In this document: one piece after another, positions 46,474 through 56,376 of the stretch
Numbering within the stretch: position 1 is the first letter of the stretch
How the letters are laid out: every line of letters starts with the position of its first letter
DNA from: an uncultured Actinomycetota bacterium
GTDB taxonomy: Bacteria; Actinomycetota; Geothermincolia; Geothermincolales; RBG-13-55-18
NCBI GenBank assembly: GCA_964462595.1
Contig: CAYWXM010000032.1
Location: 22,465 to 86,464, forward strand
Length of the DNA stretch: 64,000 nucleotides
Direction of reading: 5' to 3'
Made by a program: the position numbers and the translations under genes
The notes under the pieces: model-generated
What the model saw: only the letters and a program-made list of their open reading frames with translations
The model's database searches: none
Told to the model about the DNA's origin: nothing

Positions 46474-47535
46474 CTAGTAACGGCCGAAGCCGGGCAGGGA
46501 TTTAAGGGCCACGTCTATCGCCGGTTGCAGCAAGCGTGGCTGCTTCACATACATGCCGAAACCAAGCCTCAGCCCCAGGTTGCGCAACACGTGGGGCTGG
46601 GCATCGAAAAACTTTTTATACAGCCAGGAGTACTTGCGCGCGGACGTAAAGGCGCGGAAGAGCCTCCAGGCCCTTTCCCTGTCGTCCACGGCCATGGCCG
46701 CTATCTTTCCCGAGACCAGGGAGCTCTGCACCCCGAAGAGGAAGAAGGGGTCCTGCATTCCTGCCAGCGTGCCCGCCAGGATCTTTTCGCCGGCATAGAG
46801 GCAGGGGTCGCTGATCTTCCTCGTCGCCACCACGCCCTCGTGGGGCAGCCACTGCTCGAATTCAATTCCCTCCCACTCCCGCAGCTGGCGGTCCCATTCG
46901 TCGCGCAGGGAAGACCTGACCGGCCTGCCGTCGAAGGCCAGAGCGAAGGCCACGCCGTTCACGTTGGCGCAGTAGTTGTAATACCTGGTGCAGCGGTCGA
47001 AGAAACCCATGATGCGGGGCGGGCCTTCGTGGCGCGTCTTCCCGATGAAACCGTAGACGTCAACGTACGGGCGCCTCAGGGCCAGGAAGGGTTCGACGTG
47101 AAGGCCGGTGGCCACGATGGTGTTGGGGGGCAATTGGGCGAAGTCCCCCTGGGAATCGCAGGAGACCCCGAACTCGAACTCCACGCCCGAGGCGAGCGCC
47201 TTTTCGTACAGCAGGGTATCGATAGAGGTGGAGCGGGAGCCCCTTTCCACGGAGTGGAGGTAGAGCTGCCGGCCGGGGACGACGTGGGGTTTGCCGTAGA
47301 CGTAGATGGGGAATTCCTCCGTAGGAGTCACGTAGGGTGGCTGCAGCTCTATGCCGATCAACCTCCCCAGCCTCTCCGGATCCATGGGCGTGACGTCCAC
47401 GGCTGGACGGATATAGGGATCGCCGCCGATGCGTTCGAACTTCTCGAGTACTTTGACCTGGTGGCCGGCCGCCGCGCAGTTTACCGCCGCCACCAGGCCC
47501 GCCAGGCCCGCTCCCACGATGGTGACTTCCGCCAT
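46474..47535 (-). CDS. FAD-dependent oxidoreductase, GGR-like paralog C
   Basis: MAEVTIVGAGLAGL. C-terminal motif ILAGTLAGMQDPFFLFGVQSSLVSGKIAA. Confidence 0.8.
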   Translation of the reverse strand: MAEVTIVGAGLAGLVAAVNCAAAGHQVKVLEKFERIGGDPYIRPAVDVTPMDPERLGRLIGIELQPPYVTPTEEFPIYVYGKPHVVPGRQLYLHSVERGSRSTSIDTLLYEKALASGVEFEFGVSCDSQGDFAQLPPNTIVATGLHVEPFLALRRPYVDVYGFIGKTRHEGPPRIMGFFDRCTRYYNYCANVNGVAFALAFDGRPVRSSLRDEWDRQLREWEGIEFEQWLPHEGVVATRKISDPCLYAGEKILAGTLAGMQDPFFLFGVQSSLVSGKIAAMAVDDRERAWRLFRAFTSARKYSWLYKKFFDAQPHVLRNLGLRLGFGMYVKQPRLLQPAIDVALKSLPGFGRY

Positions 47536-47832
47536 TTTTCCCCCTTCGCGTCCCGCCCCTGCCTCGTGAACATTCCGCGCGACACGGGTTGCGCCGCCCG
47601 CCGGTCCCTGCGGCCGGCGGGCGACATCTAAACCCAGAATCGCCGTTTTCCGGCTCCCCGGGATGAGGTCCGGCCTGCGGCTTGTCCGCGCGCCGCAGTC
47701 TCCGTTATCCCCTCTTCCCGGATCCCGCCGATACTCTATCGCATCACCTCCTCGGCTCCCAGCCGGCGATGAGGCCGGCTTATCCGGATAGAAAACCGTT
47801 ATCGAACCCCGTACGAGCTCTCCGCTCCTCTC

Positions 47833-49476
47833 TTACAGGGTGAGCTTCTTGTTTAAACCGGTGTCGTAATCCCACCTGCGGGCGGCGATATTGTTGGGGT
47901 CCACCGCCTTCTTGAAGCCCACCATAGCGTCCGTGAAGGCCGCGGCATTAGGCATGGCCAGGGTCATGAGGTCATCCAGGGTGGGCATCCCCTCCGGCAG
48001 CGGCAGGGCCATGCCCTTGTTGAGGGGTATGGCGCCTGCAGCCAGGACCAGGCCCTCGCCCAGGATACCGGCCATCATGGCGCGCATATAGGTCATGAAC
48101 ATGCGCATGTTGTCGTCCTTGTCGCCCTGGTTGGAATAGAGGTCGTATTCCATGTACGCCGAGCGCCCCATGTGGTACGGCTGCAGGTAGGTGGAGGCGT
48201 CATCCGGCGGCAGGTTGTCCTCGGTGTGCCCGGCCTGGTTGGTGGTCTCCACGCGCATCCTGCGTTCCGCCTGCAGGAAGTTGTCCAGGTGGCCGATGAG
48301 GGCCCCGATTAGGAAAGACCCGCGCACGCGCATCACGCGCACGGTGACGTTGAAGAACTTCTGCCAGCGCTCGAGGTTTACGCTGCGCAGGTCGCCCACC
48401 AGGTCCTCCATGGCCTCCACGGGCAGGAACTCCCAGGTGGGGTCGATATCCAGGATGACTTTCTTGAACACCTCGGCCTTGAGCATGGCCTCCTCCATGG
48501 TCGTGCCGGCGAAGATGGAGAAGAGGTTGTTGCGCGGGAAGGAACCCGCCAGCGCGCTGGCGTGCTTGTTGGTCTCGGCCACGAAGATGCCGAAGAAGGA
48601 GTTCTGCATGTGGGCCAGCTCCAGGGTGAGGTTCTCGTTGGCCACCTTGTAGAGGACCTCGATCACGCATTCCAGGTCGTCCTTCTCATAAGCTGGGAAT
48701 ATCTGGAATATATTCTCGGCCTCGGGGTAAATGCGCAGGGTCATCTCGGTCACCGTGCCCAGCTGCCCGTAGGCGTAGCGGAAGAGCGAGGCCATGTCCG
48801 GTCCCGGCCCGGGCACGTGCGCCTTCACCGCGCCGTATGCGGCGGGCCCGGTCTTGAGGATGGTGCCGTCGGGCATGACCATGGTCATGTCGACGATGTT
48901 GTCGATACCGAAACCGTACTTCGACGCCAGGGTATTGATGTTGCAGAAGGCGTGGTTGGAGATAACCCCGGCCGTGGCCGCCGTCGAGGGGTTGAGCACT
49001 CGGCACCCCACCTTCTGGGCTTCCACCTGGGCCACGAGGTAATTGATCCCGGGCTGGATGATCATGTAGCAGTTCTCGCCGTCCACCTCCAGCACCTCGT
49101 CCATGCGCCTGAGGTCCATGATGATGCCGCCGAAGAGGGGGATGTGCAATCCCATGGTGGTGAGGCCGGTGCCCATGGGGATCACGTCCACCTCGCATTC
49201 GTTGGCGACGCGGTAGACCTCGGCCACGTCCTCGGTGGTCTTGGGCAAGACCACGAGATGAGGGTAGCTGGCGGGCAGCGGCCCCTGGTCACGGGAATAG
49301 CCTATGAGGATCACCGGGTCGTCTGTCACCCATTGCTCGCCCAGTATGCCGGCGAGCATCTCCTTGGCCCGGGCCACTCCCTCGGGCTTGTTGTGCCGGG
49401 GCTCCGCCTCGTGCTGCATGATGATACCGGAGATCCGCCTGTCCTTGATGTCCTTGGCGATATCCTTGGTCCACAT
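47833..49476 (-). CDS. FAD-linked oxidase (PCMH/VAO-type FAD-binding domain)
   Basis: FAD_binding_4-like N-terminal half. AAGGAGGTG RBS. Start 4 nt after the CCG-protein stop. Confidence 0.8.
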   Translation of the reverse strand: MWTKDIAKDIKDRRISGIIMQHEAEPRHNKPEGVARAKEMLAGILGEQWVTDDPVILIGYSRDQGPLPASYPHLVVLPKTTEDVAEVYRVANECEVDVIPMGTGLTTMGLHIPLFGGIIMDLRRMDEVLEVDGENCYMIIQPGINYLVAQVEAQKVGCRVLNPSTAATAGVISNHAFCNINTLASKYGFGIDNIVDMTMVMPDGTILKTGPAAYGAVKAHVPGPGPDMASLFRYAYGQLGTVTEMTLRIYPEAENIFQIFPAYEKDDLECVIEVLYKVANENLTLELAHMQNSFFGIFVAETNKHASALAGSFPRNNLFSIFAGTTMEEAMLKAEVFKKVILDIDPTWEFLPVEAMEDLVGDLRSVNLERWQKFFNVTVRVMRVRGSFLIGALIGHLDNFLQAERRMRVETTNQAGHTEDNLPPDDASTYLQPYHMGRSAYMEYDLYSNQGDKDDNMRMFMTYMRAMMAGILGEGLVLAAGAIPLNKGMALPLPEGMPTLDDLMTLAMPNAAAFTDAMVGFKKAVDPNNIAARRWDYDTGLNKKLTL

Positions 49477-49480
49477 ACCC

Positions 49481-50701
49481 CTACACCTCCTTGCCCAGGG
49501 ACGCGAGTAAGACCTCGGCCAGGTCGTACACCTTCATCTTGCTCCCCGCGGCCTCCACCGCCTGGCCCAGCATCTGCACGCAGTAGGGGCAGCTGGTGAC
49601 GATGGCCTCCGCGCCCGTCCATTCCGCCTCGAAGAGCCTCTCCTTCGCCGTCGCCAGGGCGTAATCCGGGAAGGCGTAGCGCACGCCGCCCCCGCCGCCG
49701 CAGCAGAAGGAATTGAAGGTGGCGCGGGGGAACTCCAGGAGTTCCAGCCCCGGTATCGCCCGGAGGACCTTGCGCGGGGCCTCGTATATGTCGAAGCGCC
49801 GACCCAGCTTGCATGGGTCGTGATAGACGGCTTTTATGGCTACTTCCTTCTCTGGCGTCAGCTGGTTCTTCTTGAGCAGCCGGGAGAGGAGCTGGCTTAT
49901 CTGATATACCTTGATGGAGGGGTCCAGCTCGCGCGCGTACTCCTCCTTGAACACCCAGGCCGCGTGGGTATCTGGCGTGACGATCGTATTAACCCCCAGC
50001 GAGTTGAAGGTCTCGATGTTGGCGGCGGCATAATCCTCGAAGAAGTCGCGGTCGCCCAGCATGAGCATGAGCGCGCCGTCGCTTATCTCTTCCGCCCCCA
50101 GTATGCCCACGTCCAGGCCCGCGTCCAGGAGCACCTGGGCCGCGGCGCGCGCCGCGTGGCGCAGGGAAGGGTCGCTGGTATAGGCGTCTCCGGCGTAGAA
50201 GAGCACCTCTGCCTTCTCCTCGGGCAGCTTCTTCAGGGCCAGCCCCTCGGCCCAGTCGCCGCGCTTGCTCCTGTCCATGCCGAAGGGGTTGTCGTTGGCC
50301 TCCAGGCTCTCGAACAGCGGCGCGTGCTCTGGCATGGGGCCCCATCCCTCGCGTACCGCCTTCTCGCGCATGAGCTCGAAGACGCGGGTGGGGTGGAGCT
50401 GTTTCACCTCGTAGCACTGCTCCTGACACGAAGAGCACAGCATGCAGGTGTAGAGTATGTGCCGCATGGAATCGCTGGGCTCTATCTCGTTGATGTGCAG
50501 TCCGCGGGCTATCTCCATCTTGCCGGAGGCGTAATAGGCATCCCAGCGGAAATAGGAACCGGAGGGGCAATTGCGCCAGAAACGCGACTCGGGGCAGTAC
50601 TGCACGTGCACCCCCTGGCATATCTTGCACTTGGTGCAGATGAAATAGTCCTGCTGCAGCTCGTGCAGCACCTCCCTGGGAGCGGTTATCTTCTTCTTCA
50701 T
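49481..50701 (-). CDS. (Fe-S)-binding protein with two CCG domains (GlcF/HdrD-like)
   Basis: CxxCxxCxxxCP ferredoxin motifs near the N-terminus. CCG-domain signatures (CCG...C) in the C-terminal half. Confidence 0.85.
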   Translation of the reverse strand: MKKKITAPREVLHELQQDYFICTKCKICQGVHVQYCPESRFWRNCPSGSYFRWDAYYASGKMEIARGLHINEIEPSDSMRHILYTCMLCSSCQEQCYEVKQLHPTRVFELMREKAVREGWGPMPEHAPLFESLEANDNPFGMDRSKRGDWAEGLALKKLPEEKAEVLFYAGDAYTSDPSLRHAARAAAQVLLDAGLDVGILGAEEISDGALMLMLGDRDFFEDYAAANIETFNSLGVNTIVTPDTHAAWVFKEEYARELDPSIKVYQISQLLSRLLKKNQLTPEKEVAIKAVYHDPCKLGRRFDIYEAPRKVLRAIPGLELLEFPRATFNSFCCGGGGGVRYAFPDYALATAKERLFEAEWTGAEAIVTSCPYCVQMLGQAVEAAGSKMKVYDLAEVLLASLGKEV

Positions 50702-50704
50702 CTT

Positions 50705-52102
50705 CTACACCCCCTCCAGAAGCTGATCCGGGTTCATGAGGCCGTCGGGGTCAACGATGCCCTTGAAAGTCTTGAGCACCTTGATGAAACCTTCGTTTAC
50801 CCTGTCGTAGACCATCTTCGCCGCCTCGCCACTGGGGCGGTCGATGAAGCTGCCCTCGTCGAGCAGCTTGCCGTAGGCCGCGCGGCAGATATCCGCCGCC
50901 TTTGCCGACTCCGCCTCGTCCGCGGGATCGAAGTAGAGGTCGCTCTCGCAGTAGCAGGAGGCTCCGAAATACACCGGGATCACCACCTGCCCTACCTCCT
51001 CCGCCGCGTAGCCCCTGGACTGCGCGGCATCGCGCACCGCAGCCAGCAGGCCGGGGGCGCGCTTGTAGAAATCGTAGTGCTCGATAAAGCTGGTGCGTCC
51101 GCGCATGTAATCGCGGTCGAATACGTACCAGGGCTCGAGGAATTTCTCGTCCATCATTCCCGTCAGCTCGCCGTCCACTTCTTTGGCGCCCAATGCCTCG
51201 GCGTCAGCGCGCACGTATTTCTCCCACATGTCCACCAGTTCCGTGCGATGCTCGATGCTCACGGCCGTGGTCCAGGCGGGTAATCTATCCCGCAGCGCAT
51301 CGGCCGCGGCCGCGTCCCGGGAAAGAAGCACGGAAAGATAGCGCGAGTTGGCGGTCACGCACTCGAAGCAGTGCTCGTCGCGGTTTATCTTGTAGGCGAG
51401 CTTCGCCGCGGGCTCGAGGTCGTCGAAACCGAAGAGCAGCACCCGGCGGGTCTCCCGTATGGGGTAGATATACACGATACCGTAGAACGGTATGCCGAAG
51501 ATGTCCTCCGACGCCCCGAAAAAGAGGGAGAACTGCGGCCCCTGGTCCTCGCGGAAGTCGGCGATGCCCTCTGCGGTCATCTGCTGGGAGCCGGATACCC
51601 AGATGCGGCCGTCCGAGAGTATGGCGTGGAAGATGGACAGGTTGGGGAAACGGTATACCGCATTGCCGTTCAGTACGTCGCGGTCCAGGTAGGAACGGAG
51701 CACGGAGCGCGATGTGGCGTTGGCGGGCATGAGCACCTTGCAGCCGACCTTCAGGCATTCCTCGCGCAGTTGCTCGTAGGTGACGCCGGCGAAGATATGC
51801 CCCATTAGATTGCGCCGGTCCACTTCCTTGATGGCGTTCATGCGCGAGAGGTCCAGCAGCAACCCTTTCCTGGAGGCGAGAGAATTATCCATTTTTTCCC
51901 TGCGCACCGAGAACAGGGGCAGCCTGGCCCTGTTGGCCGCGTCAGCCACTTCCGCCAGTTCGTACTCGTCTGCCGGCTTCACCAGCACCAGGCCGGTGTC
52001 CTTCACCGGGTCCGCGAAGTAGCCGGCCACCGCCGCGGCACCCGTCCTGACGTTGTCCTTCCCCACGAACTCCGCGATTTCCTCGACTATACCCGCCGCC
52101 AT
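50705..52102 (-). CDS. FAD-binding oxidoreductase (GlcD/D-lactate-dehydrogenase-like)
   Basis: FAD-linked oxidase architecture. Its stop is 3 nt before the start of the CCG-protein gene. Confidence 0.75.
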   Translation of the reverse strand: MAAGIVEEIAEFVGKDNVRTGAAAVAGYFADPVKDTGLVLVKPADEYELAEVADAANRARLPLFSVRREKMDNSLASRKGLLLDLSRMNAIKEVDRRNLMGHIFAGVTYEQLREECLKVGCKVLMPANATSRSVLRSYLDRDVLNGNAVYRFPNLSIFHAILSDGRIWVSGSQQMTAEGIADFREDQGPQFSLFFGASEDIFGIPFYGIVYIYPIRETRRVLLFGFDDLEPAAKLAYKINRDEHCFECVTANSRYLSVLLSRDAAAADALRDRLPAWTTAVSIEHRTELVDMWEKYVRADAEALGAKEVDGELTGMMDEKFLEPWYVFDRDYMRGRTSFIEHYDFYKRAPGLLAAVRDAAQSRGYAAEEVGQVVIPVYFGASCYCESDLYFDPADEAESAKAADICRAAYGKLLDEGSFIDRPSGEAAKMVYDRVNEGFIKVLKTFKGIVDPDGLMNPDQLLEGV

Positions 52103-52234
52103 CGACCTACCTCCTTGCCGTTAAGACCTGGGCCGATCCACGCTGTGGATGTATCCCATCTCCCAGCTTTATAAAGTCCCCATTTGCATACATTCGCGAG
52201 ATGTTATATATGTTATTCTGAACGACTGGTCAGT

Positions 52235-52270
52235 CACAACCGAGTCAATTATATTTCCGACCCGGTTGAG
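52235..52270. promoter_or_regulatory. Imperfect inverted repeat cacaaccgagtc-N12-gacccggttgag in a divergent promoter region
   Basis: Lies between the divergently transcribed GlcD-like operon and GGR-like paralog D, in an AT-rich 270-bp gap. Confidence 0.3.
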
Positions 52271-52369
52271 TGTCAAGGCGTCCGGGCAGGGAAACAGTAG
52301 CGTTTAGCCAGGTAAAAAGGCTATAATACATTTTCGACATAAAGTCAGAAAAGTGTAAGGAGGGATATA

Positions 52370-53443
52370 ATGGCTGAGGTGACCATCGTTGGGGGAGGGC
52401 TGGCGGGCATGACTGCCGCCATCAACCTTGGCAGGCGCGGGCATGACGTGGTTGTGCTGGAGCGCGAGGAGCGAGCGGGAGGTTCACCCCTCTACCACCC
52501 ATCCGGGCAGGGTACCCCCCTGCGCCTCGATGCGATGCGCGCCTACATAGGCTTCGACATCTCGCCGGGCATAGAGCCGATACGCGAGATGAGCGAGATA
52601 GCGGGGGGCAAGGAGATTCTCATCGACCCCTCGCTCATCAACTCATATTTCTTCGAGCGCGGGCCGAGGTCGACCAGCCTCGACAGTTACCTTTACGAAC
52701 TGGCAGGCGAGGCCGGAGTAGAGGTCCGCTTCGGGTCTCCCGTCACATCCCAGGAGGACATGGCCCAACTGCCCCCCAACACCATCGTGGCTACCGGCCT
52801 GCACTTCGAGGGGTTCGACGCCCTGAGGCTGCCCTATCTCACCTCGCACCACTTCACCCATAAAGGCACCTGCGATCCCGACCTCAACTACGTGCACATG
52901 TTCCACGACACCTTCACCAGCGATTACGGCTACACGTCAGCTTTCCGCGGCATCCGCTACGTGCACCTCTTCAATCGCAGGAAGCCGATATCGCTTGCCG
53001 ACCGGGAGCGCTTCGCGGAACGCGTGGCGGCCTTTGACGGCTTCGAGGTTCCGGAATGGAACGAGTTCACCTTTCCCGTGCCTGCCGCCTGCCTGAGGAC
53101 CCCGCGCATATACGTGGGCAGCAAGATCCTGGCCGGCACCCTGGCCGGGGCCATGGATCCCGTGGCATTCTTCGGGCTGCACGGAGCCCTGGTCTCGGGG
53201 AAGATAGCGGCCCTGGCCGTCGAGGACAAGGAGCGCGCCTGGCGCGAGTTCCGCAGGTGCGTTTCCTCATTCCCCACCGCTTACATCCTCTCGCGCCTGA
53301 AGGAAATGCAACCGCTCCCCTTGAGCGTGTTGGGCTTCCGAATCGCATTCCAGAACTTCAGCCGCCTGAAGCTGGTACAGAAGATGATGCAGGTGGGCCT
53401 GCCAGGATACAAATGCCTGAGCGTGCAGGGGGTCAGGTCTTGA
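52370..53443 (+). CDS. FAD-dependent oxidoreductase, GGR-like paralog D
   Basis: AAGGAGGG RBS. MAEVTIVGGGLAGM. C-terminal motif ILAGTLAGAMDPVAFFGLHGALVSGKIAA. Confidence 0.8.
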   Translation: MAEVTIVGGGLAGMTAAINLGRRGHDVVVLEREERAGGSPLYHPSGQGTPLRLDAMRAYIGFDISPGIEPIREMSEIAGGKEILIDPSLINSYFFERGPRSTSLDSYLYELAGEAGVEVRFGSPVTSQEDMAQLPPNTIVATGLHFEGFDALRLPYLTSHHFTHKGTCDPDLNYVHMFHDTFTSDYGYTSAFRGIRYVHLFNRRKPISLADRERFAERVAAFDGFEVPEWNEFTFPVPAACLRTPRIYVGSKILAGTLAGAMDPVAFFGLHGALVSGKIAALAVEDKERAWREFRRCVSSFPTAYILSRLKEMQPLPLSVLGFRIAFQNFSRLKLVQKMMQVGLPGYKCLSVQGVRS

Positions 53444-53554
53444 TTGTTGCATTTTATGCATCGACAAAGCTGATGACTTCCCTGCTCGCAAAGGGTGTAT
53501 ATGGGATATTTTACTAATAGATACCAGGGTATGCAAAAAACAAGACCTGACCCC
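53436..53554. repeat. Inverted pair of the GGGGTCAGGTCTTG... repeat forming a potential ~120-nt stem-loop (14-bp perfect terminal stem)
   Basis: 53436-53468 ggggtcaggtcttgattgttgcattttatgcat and 53529-53554 gtatgcaaaaaacaagacctgacccc. The stop codon of paralog D lies inside the left arm. Confidence 0.75.
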
Positions 53555-53581
53555 ATAGACGCATAGGTGGAGGTGTGAGAA

Positions 53582-55084
53582 ATGGCTGGAGATAACAGGA
53601 AGGTCATCGTCATCGGTTCCGGGCCCGGGGGTACCAGCGTCGCGGCGCTGCTGCAGGCACGTGGCTGGAGCGTAACCCTTCTGGACCGCAACGAGTTCTA
53701 CGGCGGCAAGTGCTGGTCTTTCACGCGCGACGGTTACGTGGTCGACTCCGGGGTGCATATGTTCTCCATGGGCGCGTCAGGCCAGTTCGGAGACGTCAAC
53801 CGCATGGTGCGTGGCGACCTGGAATGGCTGACCGCCAATCCCAGCGAGCATCTGCTGCTGGGCGGAAAATACCGGCTCAACCTGTACCAGAGCCTGACCG
53901 ACCCCCGCGGGGCGCTGTCTAACTTGCGCGCTAACATGCTCATCGCCAAGGACCGTGCCAAGGGCATGCTATCGGGCGGGGAAACAAGGAAGAACCTCGA
54001 CGCAGAGGTCTACCGCGCCTCGAAAAAGAACTCCCCCTTGGAGACCCTGCGCGCGGTGGCCAAGATAGCTCTCCTCAACCCCTCCTACCTCGCGGAGCTG
54101 GACGAGATAACCATGCAGGAGTTCATGCACCGTATTATCGATGACTGGACCCCGCTGCAGGGCATCGCCGCCCTCTCCATGCTCCTCACCGTGGTCCCCT
54201 ACGAGGAGGTGAGCGCGGGCGAGTTCCTGTGGTGCTTCGCCAACGCCTTCCGCAAGCAGACCCTGGGGGTCCCCCGCGGCGGCTCGCGCGAGATACCGGG
54301 CGCGTTCATGCGCGCCTTCCAGCGGGACGGAGGGGAGATGCGCCTGGGCTGCGAGGTGGCGCGCATCATCGTGCGCGACGGCAAGGCGCGCGGGGTGTTT
54401 ACCGTCGGCGGGGAGCAGATTGACGCGGACCTGGTCATCTCAAGCGCCGGCATCAAGCGCACCCTGGAGATGGCCGGGGAGGAGAATTTCCCGCCGGAAT
54501 ACGTCTCTTACGTGAAGGGGCTCAAGTATTCCCGTTCCTTCATAACCACCAAGTACGGCCTGGACAGGAGGGTGGTGGACCTTCCCGCACCGGGCTTCTT
54601 CAACATCCCCAAAGTCAACCCGGACCACATGTTCGACTATATCGAGGAGGGCGGGGTGCCCGAGGATCCCTTCCTCTTCACCCCCTTCCCCTCCGAGTGG
54701 GACCCCTACGCGGCCCCGCCCGGCAAGCAGCTCATCCTCTGCGGGGTACCTGGTCCCATCGAGGTCAACAAGGAGAACGTGGCGCAATGCGAGCGCATCC
54801 TGGACCGCGCCGAGGAGAGGCTGCTCGAGATATTCCCCCAGATCTCGAACCATATCGAGTGGAAGATGCGCACCCACATCGCGCACACCGCCTTCATCAC
54901 CGGTAAACCCACGGGCGAGTGCATCGGCCTGGCCCAGTGCGTCGGCCAGACAGGGGTGCACAAGCCCACGCCCTGGACGCCGGTTAAGGACCTGTGGCTG
55001 GTGGGAACGGACGCCGGGGCCCGCGGCGTGGGGACGGAGCAGGCTGCCGGGAGCGCCATATACGTGACCAACCTGCTGGGTTGA
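53582..55084 (+). CDS. Phytoene-desaturase (CrtI) family FAD-dependent oxidoreductase
   Basis: KVIVIGSGPGGTSVAALL...GG N-terminal motif and CrtI-like length. GGAGGTG RBS. Confidence 0.85.
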   Translation: MAGDNRKVIVIGSGPGGTSVAALLQARGWSVTLLDRNEFYGGKCWSFTRDGYVVDSGVHMFSMGASGQFGDVNRMVRGDLEWLTANPSEHLLLGGKYRLNLYQSLTDPRGALSNLRANMLIAKDRAKGMLSGGETRKNLDAEVYRASKKNSPLETLRAVAKIALLNPSYLAELDEITMQEFMHRIIDDWTPLQGIAALSMLLTVVPYEEVSAGEFLWCFANAFRKQTLGVPRGGSREIPGAFMRAFQRDGGEMRLGCEVARIIVRDGKARGVFTVGGEQIDADLVISSAGIKRTLEMAGEENFPPEYVSYVKGLKYSRSFITTKYGLDRRVVDLPAPGFFNIPKVNPDHMFDYIEEGGVPEDPFLFTPFPSEWDPYAAPPGKQLILCGVPGPIEVNKENVAQCERILDRAEERLLEIFPQISNHIEWKMRTHIAHTAFITGKPTGECIGLAQCVGQTGVHKPTPWTPVKDLWLVGTDAGARGVGTEQAAGSAIYVTNLLG

Positions 55085-55268
55085 TGAGTCGTTATCAATC
55101 GCAGTGTAATCGCCGCGTGGATTCGGCGTTATACTTATCGTAAGCCGGCAAATGCGGCGCGCCCGGAGCGCAACCGTTCATAGTATAGCGATTCGATCGT
55201 CAAAGATACGGGTATATATACTAACGGTGGGTCTTACGAAAAGAGGAAGCAAAGAACAGGGAGGGCAG

Positions 55269-56354
55269 GTGAAATACCGCCGCTGCAAGGTGTGCGGCGT
55301 CCCCCGGCGCATAGGGAACGTACATCATTGGATGAACAACGGCACCATCGTCAATGCGCGCGTGCCCAGTATCCGGCAAGTGTTCATGGAGGCCGATTTC
55401 CTGCCGGAACTCCGGCAGCTTATCTCTGACGGCCTGGGGTTTCCCGTCAACCGTATCTTCTACGAGGCCGAGCGCAACTCGGTACGCATAACCGTGGAGG
55501 CCTTCCTGCAGGGTCCCCTGCTGAGGATCGCCTCGCGCATCCCCATCTTCCGCAGGGCGGCGGTGCATTACTTCAATAACCTGGCATGGCAGACGGGCAC
55601 CGCAAATTCCAGGACGGTGGGATATCGCTCCGGCAAATACGGGCTGGCGCTGATGCATAACCCCTTCGACCTCGACCTCATGGCCGCGGTGGTGGTGGGG
55701 GCCTTCGAGGCCCTGGAGAGGAGGCCTTTCCGCTCTTTCTGGAAAAAAGAAAACGGCGCTTACCTGCTGCGGGTGGAGGCAGCGGACAAGCCGGAGCTGT
55801 CGGGGCGCCTCGAAGTGGAAAGGGAAGTGCTGAAGGAGGGGAACCTGCGCCTGCATTCCTGCCCGTGTTGCGGATTGCCCCTTGAGTTGAGCCATATGGA
55901 ATGGTGCGAGGAGGAAGGGATCATCATCGACCGCCGGCGCGGCATCCGCATGATCAACCTGGACGGATACACCCCGCGCCTGGTCAACCGGGAACTGGTG
56001 AGGGAGCTGGGCGAGTCCGTGATCCCCATCATCATCGACGCCAAGCGCGAATATACCCTCAAGATGCTCGAGGACCTCGGGGTGCGACCAGGGGTGGAAG
56101 GGGAGATGCGGCAGGAGCTGCTCGACGATATGCTATCGCTCCTGCCCCTCTACGGTTGGGGCATGGCCACGGAAACGGAGTACCTGCCCGGCAGCACCCT
56201 GAGGGTGTGGGTGGACAATCCCCTGGACGAGTACCTCATCGCGGGCAGGCTCGCGGCTTTCTACGAGACCGCCGAGGGTAAACGGGCGCGGGTGGAGTGG
56301 AGAGAGGCCGGGTCCTCCAGCATCACCTATATACTGGCCCCCGCCCGGGAATAA
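55269..56354 (+). CDS. Hypothetical protein with N-terminal CxxC and central CPCC cysteine clusters
   Basis: GTG start preceded by GGGAGGG (track ORF 55152..56354). No recognisable domain. Confidence 0.45.
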   Translation: MKYRRCKVCGVPRRIGNVHHWMNNGTIVNARVPSIRQVFMEADFLPELRQLISDGLGFPVNRIFYEAERNSVRITVEAFLQGPLLRIASRIPIFRRAAVHYFNNLAWQTGTANSRTVGYRSGKYGLALMHNPFDLDLMAAVVVGAFEALERRPFRSFWKKENGAYLLRVEAADKPELSGRLEVEREVLKEGNLRLHSCPCCGLPLELSHMEWCEEEGIIIDRRRGIRMINLDGYTPRLVNRELVRELGESVIPIIIDAKREYTLKMLEDLGVRPGVEGEMRQELLDDMLSLLPLYGWGMATETEYLPGSTLRVWVDNPLDEYLIAGRLAAFYETAEGKRARVEWREAGSSSITYILAPARE

Positions 56355-56376
56355 GTCCGTACGGGTCAGCCCGCCT

